Origin: Halomicronema hongdechloris C2206 | Lineage (GTDB): Bacteria > Cyanobacteriota > Cyanobacteriia > Phormidesmidales > Phormidesmidaceae | Direction of reading: 5' to 3' | Assembly (NCBI RefSeq): GCF_002075285.3 | Contig: NZ_CP021983.2 | Coordinates: 3,960,001 to 3,992,000, forward strand | Length of the DNA stretch: 32,000 nt | Part shown: positions 26,821-32,000 of the stretch, one piece after another | Layout: each line of letters opens with the position of its first letter | How positions within the stretch are numbered: position 1 is the first letter of the stretch | Notes under the pieces: model-generated | Seen by the model: only the letters and a program-made list of their open reading frames with translations | Databases searched by the model: none | What the model was told of the DNA's origin: nothing | Translations under genes and position numbers: made by a program

Positions 26821-28044
26821 TCAAGGATCGATCCAGCGGCCGTCGGCTTTAATTAAATTAATCAACTCAACCACCCCCTGATCTTCAGGAACTCGCTTGA
26901 TCTCCTCACGACCTCGGTAGAGGGAAATATAACCTGGGGTCTTGCCCACATAACCGTAGTCAGCATCGGCCATCTCCCCAGGGCCATTGACAATACAGCC
27001 CATGACAGCGATGTCGAGCCCTGTGAGGTGACTGGTGGCCTGACGCACCTCACGCAGCACATCTTCTAGATTGAATAGAGTGCGGCCACAGGACGGACAG
27101 GCCACATATTCCACCATGGTTTTGCGTAGACCTAAGGCCTGCAAAATGCTGTAGCAGACGGGAATTTCCTTTTCCGGAGCTTCTGTCAGAGAAACGCGAA
27201 TGGTATCGCCAATGCCTTCGGCCAGTAGAGTGCCAATGCCAGCAGTAGACTTAATCCGGCCATATTCCCCGTCGCCAGCCTCGGTGACGCCTAAGTGCAG
27301 AGGATAGTCCATGCCTAACTCATTCATGCGCTGCACCATGAGTCGATAGGCGGCTAGCATAACGGGTACTCGCGAGGCTTTCAGGGAAATAACCAGGTTG
27401 TAGAACTCCAGCGATTCACAGATACGGATAAATTCCAAGGCTGATTCCACCATGCCCTCTGGGGTATCGCCATAGGTGAAAAGCATGCGCTCAGCCAAAG
27501 AACCATGGTTCACCCCGATGCGCATGGCCTTGTCCTGCTGCTTGAGGGACAACACCAGGGGCTCTAACGTCTGACGAATTTTGTCTCCAATTTCCTGAAA
27601 CTCATCTGGGGTGTATTCCGAACGTCCTGGTTTCGGTTTTTCAAAGACATATAGCCCGGGGTTAATTCGCACCTTATCCACGTGCTTGGCTACTTCCAGG
27701 GCAATTTTCATGCCGTTGTGATGCACATCGGCCACCAGGGGAACGGGCTGATAGGTCGCCGCCAATTGTGCCTTGATTTGCGCCAGGGCTCGGGCATGGG
27801 CCATGCTGGGTACCGTCACCCGGACAATTTCACAGCCGATTTCATGGAGACGGCGAATGGCAGCGACAGAGCCCTCCACATCTAAGGTGTCCTCGTTGAT
27901 CATCGATTGCACCACCACCGGATAGCCACCGCCAATGGTGGTGTCGCCTACCCGCACTGGACGAGTTTTGCGACGATGAATCGTGGTGTCGAAGGCCGCC
28001 TCAGAAGGCGCAGTGGTCGTAACAGGAGAGGGCAGGGTCTGCAT
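26821..28044 (-). CDS. ispG: 4-hydroxy-3-methylbut-2-en-1-yl diphosphate synthase (ferredoxin), IspG/GcpE
   Basis: [28 protein letters not shown], and the cluster ligands CPSCGRT and [12 protein letters not shown]. The start is taken at ATG 28044 (MQTLPSP). The ORF-track start 28071 is a TTG nine codons upstream. Confidence 0.95.
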   Translation of the reverse strand: MQTLPSPVTTTAPSEAAFDTTIHRRKTRPVRVGDTTIGGGYPVVVQSMINEDTLDVEGSVAAIRRLHEIGCEIVRVTVPSMAHARALAQIKAQLAATYQPVPLVADVHHNGMKIALEVAKHVDKVRINPGLYVFEKPKPGRSEYTPDEFQEIGDKIRQTLEPLVLSLKQQDKAMRIGVNHGSLAERMLFTYGDTPEGMVESALEFIRICESLEFYNLVISLKASRVPVMLAAYRLMVQRMNELGMDYPLHLGVTEAGDGEYGRIKSTAGIGTLLAEGIGDTIRVSLTEAPEKEIPVCYSILQALGLRKTMVEYVACPSCGRTLFNLEDVLREVRQATSHLTGLDIAVMGCIVNGPGEMADADYGYVGKTPGYISLYRGREEIKRVPEDQGVVELINLIKADGRWIDP

Positions 28045-28303
28045 AGCACTCACGGAATCGGATAGGGGCAATTGGGAACTCGATTTACTACTCAGGGTGC
28101 CACAGAATGGCCGTGTTTATGCGCGATGTGGGTGACATATCACGTTGCTCGGCTAGGATCGGCCCTAGCTAGGCTAAACCCTCTCCTGTCATAGAGGTGG
28201 CTGATGGCGATGTTGGCGGACAATCAGAATTTAAGGAGTGCTGGTGTGAAGTCAAGATCGATCGCAAGACTGTAGGTACCAATAATGGGGATTGGATTTA
28301 GAT

Positions 28304-29008
28304 ATGGATATAGATCATCAGGTCGCTCTTGTCACAGGTGCTAATCGTGGCATCGGTTTGGCAGTAACCCGCCAATTAGCTCGCCAGGGAATTAAGGTGA
28401 TTTTGGGCAGTCGGGATCCGGAGCAAGGAGAATCGGTGGCCCAAACGTTACGTGATGACGGCCTAGACGTTAGTTCTCACCAGCTATCGGTCACTGATGC
28501 CGGGGGCATCAAGATCCTGGCCCAGTTGATCGAAACCAAGTTTGGCCGCTTGGATATTCTGGTCAACAATGCTGGAATCTTCCCTGATAGCAATAGCATT
28601 TTGACTACAGCCATTGGTCCGATTCGGGCAGCGATGGAAACTAACGTATTTGGCCCAATCCTGATGGCGCAAGCCTGTGTTCCCTTGATGAAGCGCCATG
28701 GCTACGGCCGCATTGTCAATGTGTCGTCGGGGATGGGGCAGCTGTCTGACATGGGGGGAAACTACACCGCCTATCGACTCTCTAAGGTGACGCTGAATGG
28801 GGTGACTCGAATCTTGGCGGCTGAATGCCGGGACGCCAATATTAAGGTAAATTCGGTGTGTCCAGGATGGGTTCGGACTCGTATGGGTAGTGAGGCAGCG
28901 CCCCGCAGCCCGGAAGAGGGAGCCGATACGATTGCTTGGCTGGCGACTTTACCCGATGATGCGCCTAGCGGACAATTCTGGCGCGATCGCACCCCAATTC
29001 CTTGGTAG
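28304..29008 (+). CDS. Short-chain dehydrogenase/reductase (carbonyl-reductase-like SDR)
   Basis: TGANRGIG cofactor motif, NNAG, and the catalytic S...YRLSK (YxxxK). ATG is at 28304; the ORF-track start 28292 is TTG. Confidence 0.85.
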   Translation: MDIDHQVALVTGANRGIGLAVTRQLARQGIKVILGSRDPEQGESVAQTLRDDGLDVSSHQLSVTDAGGIKILAQLIETKFGRLDILVNNAGIFPDSNSILTTAIGPIRAAMETNVFGPILMAQACVPLMKRHGYGRIVNVSSGMGQLSDMGGNYTAYRLSKVTLNGVTRILAAECRDANIKVNSVCPGWVRTRMGSEAAPRSPEEGADTIAWLATLPDDAPSGQFWRDRTPIPW

Positions 29009-29013
29009 TGGTC

Positions 29014-29331
29014 TCAGCTGACAATCTGGTCACCGATCCAACTGAGATAGGGGGCAGCCCCGGCGGTGATGGGCAGGGCGATGATTTCGGGAACCTCGTA
29101 GGAGTGTAGGTCTCGAATGCGGCTGTCTAGGCGATCAAATTGGCCTAGGTCGGTTTTGATCAGAAGCTGCCATTCTGGATCGCGATGGACGCTCCCCTGC
29201 CAGGTATACACAGAACGGATGGGAAGTATGCTGACGCAGGCGGCTAGCTTCTCTTGGACTAAGGCTGATGCGATCGCATCAGCTTCAGCCTCCGAGCCAG
29301 CGGTTACCAAGACAACCCCATAGGTAGCCAT
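29014..29331 (-). CDS. cutA: Divalent-cation tolerance protein CutA
   Basis: 105 aa. VLVTAGSEAEADAIASALVQEKLAACVSILP..SVYTWQG......EWQLLIKT.......L...I..LHSYEVPEIIALPI is the CutA1 pattern. Confidence 0.85.
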   Translation of the reverse strand: MATYGVVLVTAGSEAEADAIASALVQEKLAACVSILPIRSVYTWQGSVHRDPEWQLLIKTDLGQFDRLDSRIRDLHSYEVPEIIALPITAGAAPYLSWIGDQIVS

Positions 29332-29517
29332 CGTTAGTTAAGGTCCTGAGTGCAGCATCGGTTTGATAATCCTTCCCATTGTAAGGGAGGCCTTGGGGGA
29401 AACCGACGGCAGGGCAGCACGAATTCGACAAGAGACTAGGCAGGGGACAGTCACCGGCTTTTTGCTGAGAGACCATTGTCTGCCTAGAGGGGGGTGCTGT
29501 TGCCATGGGCTCTTCTC

Positions 29518-30000
29518 TCAGCGGGTATCTGTGGCAACGCCATCTAGGTAGGCCCGGTGGAACTGCGCCCAAGCCAAGTTGGCTCCCTCCAGCTTGGTTC
29601 CCTGGAGATTAGCGTCACTGAGGTTGGCCCCTTGCAAATTGGCGCCGCGCAGGTCTGCCTGTCGTAGGTTGGCCCGAGAGAGATTGGCCCCAGTTAGGTT
29701 GGCCCCCTGCAAATTCGCCTTGACCAGGAAAGCGCCTTGCAGCGTCACCTCCGTCAAGCTAGCCAATCTCAGACAACTCTCGCTCATCTTGGCAAAGCTC
29801 AGGTCGGCCCAATTCAGCGTTGCCTCAGTCAGATTGGCATGGGTAAGAAACGACCGTCGCAGGTTAACCCCAGTCAGGTTGGCAGTACTGAGATCAACCG
29901 CTACCAAAATATGGTGGGCTAAGTTGGCCCCATTCAAGTGGATACCGGCAAAATTCCGATAACCAGTCTCATACAGCTCTAGAAAATAGGTGATATGCAT
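29518..30000 (-). CDS. Pentapeptide-repeat protein
   Basis: It carries more than 20 tandem A(N/D)LxG-type pentapeptides (GANLAHH...ANLTGVNL...ANLQGANLTGANLSRANLRQADLRGANLQGANLSDANLQGTKLEGANL). I prefer ATG 30000 as the start (MHITYFLELYETGYRNFAGIHLNG). The alternatives are ATG 30072 and TTG 30099. Confidence 0.85.
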   Translation of the reverse strand: MHITYFLELYETGYRNFAGIHLNGANLAHHILVAVDLSTANLTGVNLRRSFLTHANLTEATLNWADLSFAKMSESCLRLASLTEVTLQGAFLVKANLQGANLTGANLSRANLRQADLRGANLQGANLSDANLQGTKLEGANLAWAQFHRAYLDGVATDTR

Positions 30001-30122
30001 ATCACGGCGATAGCGGTCTGGAGATGGAACAGGCCACTGTATCCCAGGAAATGTAAGCGATGAAGATGCCATAGGATAAAAACTGCCAGGAATTAACAAC
30101 GTTCAACCTGAACCCTGGCCGA

Positions 30123-30314
30123 ATGTCGATGAACCGGTTCCAGAGGATGAAGAGCAGCGACTCCCTAACCTGCTACTACAGACCTGATTGGGCCCAGATT
30201 GGTCCAGAACTGTTGCAGCGAATTAAGGGCATCAACTTAGCAAATAGTCTCCGAATCAGGGCACACCTGTTCCGAGACCTCTCAGTCGATGAGATACCCG
30301 CTCTAGCTAACTAG
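30123..30314 (+). CDS. Questionable small ORF (63 aa), no recognisable family
   Basis: This is only an ATG-initiated open frame in a 320-nt spacer. I see no motif and no clear RBS. It is listed for completeness. Confidence 0.2.
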   Translation: MSMNRFQRMKSSDSLTCYYRPDWAQIGPELLQRIKGINLANSLRIRAHLFRDLSVDEIPALAN

Positions 30315-30440
30315 GATGACCATAGGGACAAGACTAATCAGAGGGATACCAGCTCCCCTACAGATTAGGAGGTGCCGCGATAGATTTCCTAGTTGTGTCA
30401 AGTAGATTGATATTTTGGAGTGAAACTTAGCAGTTACTCA

Positions 30441-30746
30441 ATGGTTAGACGAATTGGGTTAACGATTGTATGGTTAGGCTTCATTCTGTATGCATTTTTG
30501 GCCGCCCCACCGGATCATCCCCAAACGCTGGATCTGATTTTGCGCCTGAGTCGTGGCGACTGGCGTGAGATTAACCCAGCCATCGTAGTGCTGCTGGTAC
30601 CGACACCGTTGGGGGATGACATGGCCCGGCGGGGCATGAAGGGACGTTGGCCTTGGGCGGTGATGGCCGTACCGATGCTTGGAGCAATTGTCTATCTGAT
30701 GCTGCGGCCCCCATTGCCTGCCAACGACTCGGCACTCATCCATTAA
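30441..30746 (+). CDS. Small membrane protein of unknown function
   Basis: It has two clear hydrophobic helices (IGLTIVWLGFILYAFLAA and WPWAVMAVPMLGAIVYLML). ATG 30441 is preferred; GTG 30420 is the ORF-track start. Confidence 0.5.
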   Translation: MVRRIGLTIVWLGFILYAFLAAPPDHPQTLDLILRLSRGDWREINPAIVVLLVPTPLGDDMARRGMKGRWPWAVMAVPMLGAIVYLMLRPPLPANDSALIH

Positions 30747-30815
30747 GCATGATCCTCTCAGACAATTTTCAGCCCATCTCAGTACGCTGAGGCCCAGTCC
30801 CTAGTAGAGAACGCC

Positions 30816-32000
30816 ATGGAATCTCTTCGACCCATTGTTAAAGATCTGGTTCTGCTTGGGGGCGGTCATTCCCATGCCATTGTGCTGCGCCAGTGGGGGA
30901 TGCGACCTTTGGCAGGGGTGCAGATCACCTTGATCACCAACCTGGCCGATACTCCCTACTCTGGCATGCTGCCGTCCCATGTGGCGGGTCTCTACGATTT
31001 TGATCAGGCTCATATTGACCTACGGCCCCTGACCCGTTTCGCTCAGGCCCGTCTCTTCATGGACCGAGTCATTGGTCTCGATTTAGAGCGGCGACGGGTC
31101 ATCTGTGCCCACCATCCCCCCGTCGCCTATGATGTTCTGTCCATTGATACGGGCAGTACCCCGGCGATGGTGGCAGTGCCTGGGGCAGCTGATCATGCTG
31201 TGCCGGCCAAGCCTGTCCCTCAGCTATTGCAGGCCTGGGCCAGGGTGCGCCAGCAGCTAGAGGCGTCACCAGAGCGGCCTCTCACCATCGCCGTGGTTGG
31301 TGGCGGCATCGGCGGGGTAGAACTGACCCTGAACATGCAGGCGCGGTTGCAGAGACGACTAAAAGAGCTAGGGCGGCCACAGGATCAGGTCACATTTCAT
31401 CTGTTTCATCGCCGGGCCGAACTGGCCCCGGAGCGGTCTCGGGCCACTCGTCATTATCTGCAGCGACTGTGCCTACGACGGCGAATTCAGCTGCACCTGC
31501 AGCAAACAGTTGCTGCGGTGGAGACTATTGGCGGACCTTTGCCCTATCGAGTGCGCTGTGAGTCGGGGTTGACAGTGGCGTGCGATCGCATATTTTGGGT
31601 CACCCAAGCGGCGGCTCCCGACTGGGTACGACAGTCTGGTCTGGCTAACGATTCCCAAGGGTTCATTGCCGTTGCCGATACCCTCCAGAGTCGCTCCCAC
31701 CCCAATGTGTTCGCCGCTGGAGATGTGGCCACCATGGTTAACCATCCCCGACCCAAGGCCGGAGTCTTCGCCGTGCGTCAGGGCAAACCATTAAGCCTTA
31801 ACCTGCGGCGCCACCTGCAAGGTCAACCGCTACAACCCTTCAGGCCTCAACGGCAATTCTTGACCCTGATCGATACGGGCCGCGGCACCGCCATCGCCTC
31901 CCGGGGGCCTTTCGTGGCCGAGTCCTGTCTATTCCGATACTGGAAAGACCACATCGATCAAAAATTCATGGCTCTGTTCCGCGACTTTCCCGAAATGGGG
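30816..32000 (+). CDS. FAD/NAD(P)-binding pyridine nucleotide-disulfide oxidoreductase family protein, 3'-truncated by the window edge
   Basis: This ORF is absent from the ORF track because it has no stop. I translated 395 codons from ATG 30816 to base 32000 without meeting a stop. It has two dinucleotide folds (DLVLLGGGHSHAIVL and IAVVGGGIGGVELTL) and a GDVA block (FAAGDVATM). Confidence 0.8.
   Translation, partial: MESLRPIVKDLVLLGGGHSHAIVLRQWGMRPLAGVQITLITNLADTPYSGMLPSHVAGLYDFDQAHIDLRPLTRFAQARLFMDRVIGLDLERRRVICAHHPPVAYDVLSIDTGSTPAMVAVPGAADHAVPAKPVPQLLQAWARVRQQLEASPERPLTIAVVGGGIGGVELTLNMQARLQRRLKELGRPQDQVTFHLFHRRAELAPERSRATRHYLQRLCLRRRIQLHLQQTVAAVETIGGPLPYRVRCESGLTVACDRIFWVTQAAAPDWVRQSGLANDSQGFIAVADTLQSRSHPNVFAAGDVATMVNHPRPKAGVFAVRQGKPLSLNLRRHLQGQPLQPFRPQRQFLTLIDTGRGTAIASRGPFVAESCLFRYWKDHIDQKFMALFRDFPEMG

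Noticed and set aside
29436-29487. Inverted repeat CTAGGCAG...CTGCCTAG between the pentapeptide gene and cutA
   Set aside because: It is an 8-bp stem with a 36-nt loop and no U-tract on the transcribed strand, which is too weak to call a terminator or riboswitch.
29579-29962. 127-aa plus-strand ORF with its own quasi-pentapeptide periodicity (LAPCKLAPRR...)
   Set aside because: It is the antisense shadow of the pentapeptide-repeat gene. The 15-nt periodicity of the real gene keeps the opposite strand open.
28132-30005. CRP/NtcA-family site interpretation of the GTGA...TCAC palindromes
   Set aside because: The half-site spacers are 8 and 4 nt rather than the 6 nt of TGTGA-N6-TCACA. No GTA-N8-TAC NtcA site was seen either.
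1-32000. A search by eye for CRISPR arrays, transposase/integrase genes, tRNA/rRNA genes, toxin-antitoxin pairs or defence-type genes
   Set aside because: None was found. The only repeats are HIP1 octamers and the short tandem units listed above. The gene content is housekeeping, so I do not claim a novel defence or mobile system here.

Overview
This window is a cyanobacterial chromosomal segment. The evidence is 17 copies of the HIP1 octamer GCGATCGC plus rpaB, a Ctp protease, a tocopherol prenyltransferase and a lumenal thioredoxin-like protein. It is densely packed with about 31 mostly housekeeping genes. These include both MEP-pathway Fe-S enzymes (ispH, ispG), ychF, gatA and gatB (unlinked), radA, rpaB followed by a plsX-fabH-fabD-plsC lipid operon, argJ, cutA, an SDR and a pentapeptide-repeat protein. 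The window ends in a truncated FAD/NAD oxidoreductase gene. I found no rRNA, tRNA, CRISPR array, transposase or obvious defence island, so I cannot honestly point to a clear-cut novel system. Five things look most worth a second look. (1) A homogentisate phytyltransferase gene is readable only by hopping through four to five single-base frame changes, while every neighbouring gene is intact. (2) A translationally coupled AtzG-like (61 aa) and AtzE-like amidase pair, a GatC/GatA-derived architecture, is transcribed divergently from gatB. (3) A structured spacer carries 17-nt direct repeats, a 9-bp hairpin and a (TTCCTTC)x5 homopyrimidine tract. (4) The argJ-gatB spacer holds two oppositely oriented terminator-like hairpins. 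(5) HIP1 placement in coding regions is strictly frame-biased. All product calls come from my recognition of motifs in the supplied translations, not from database searches.
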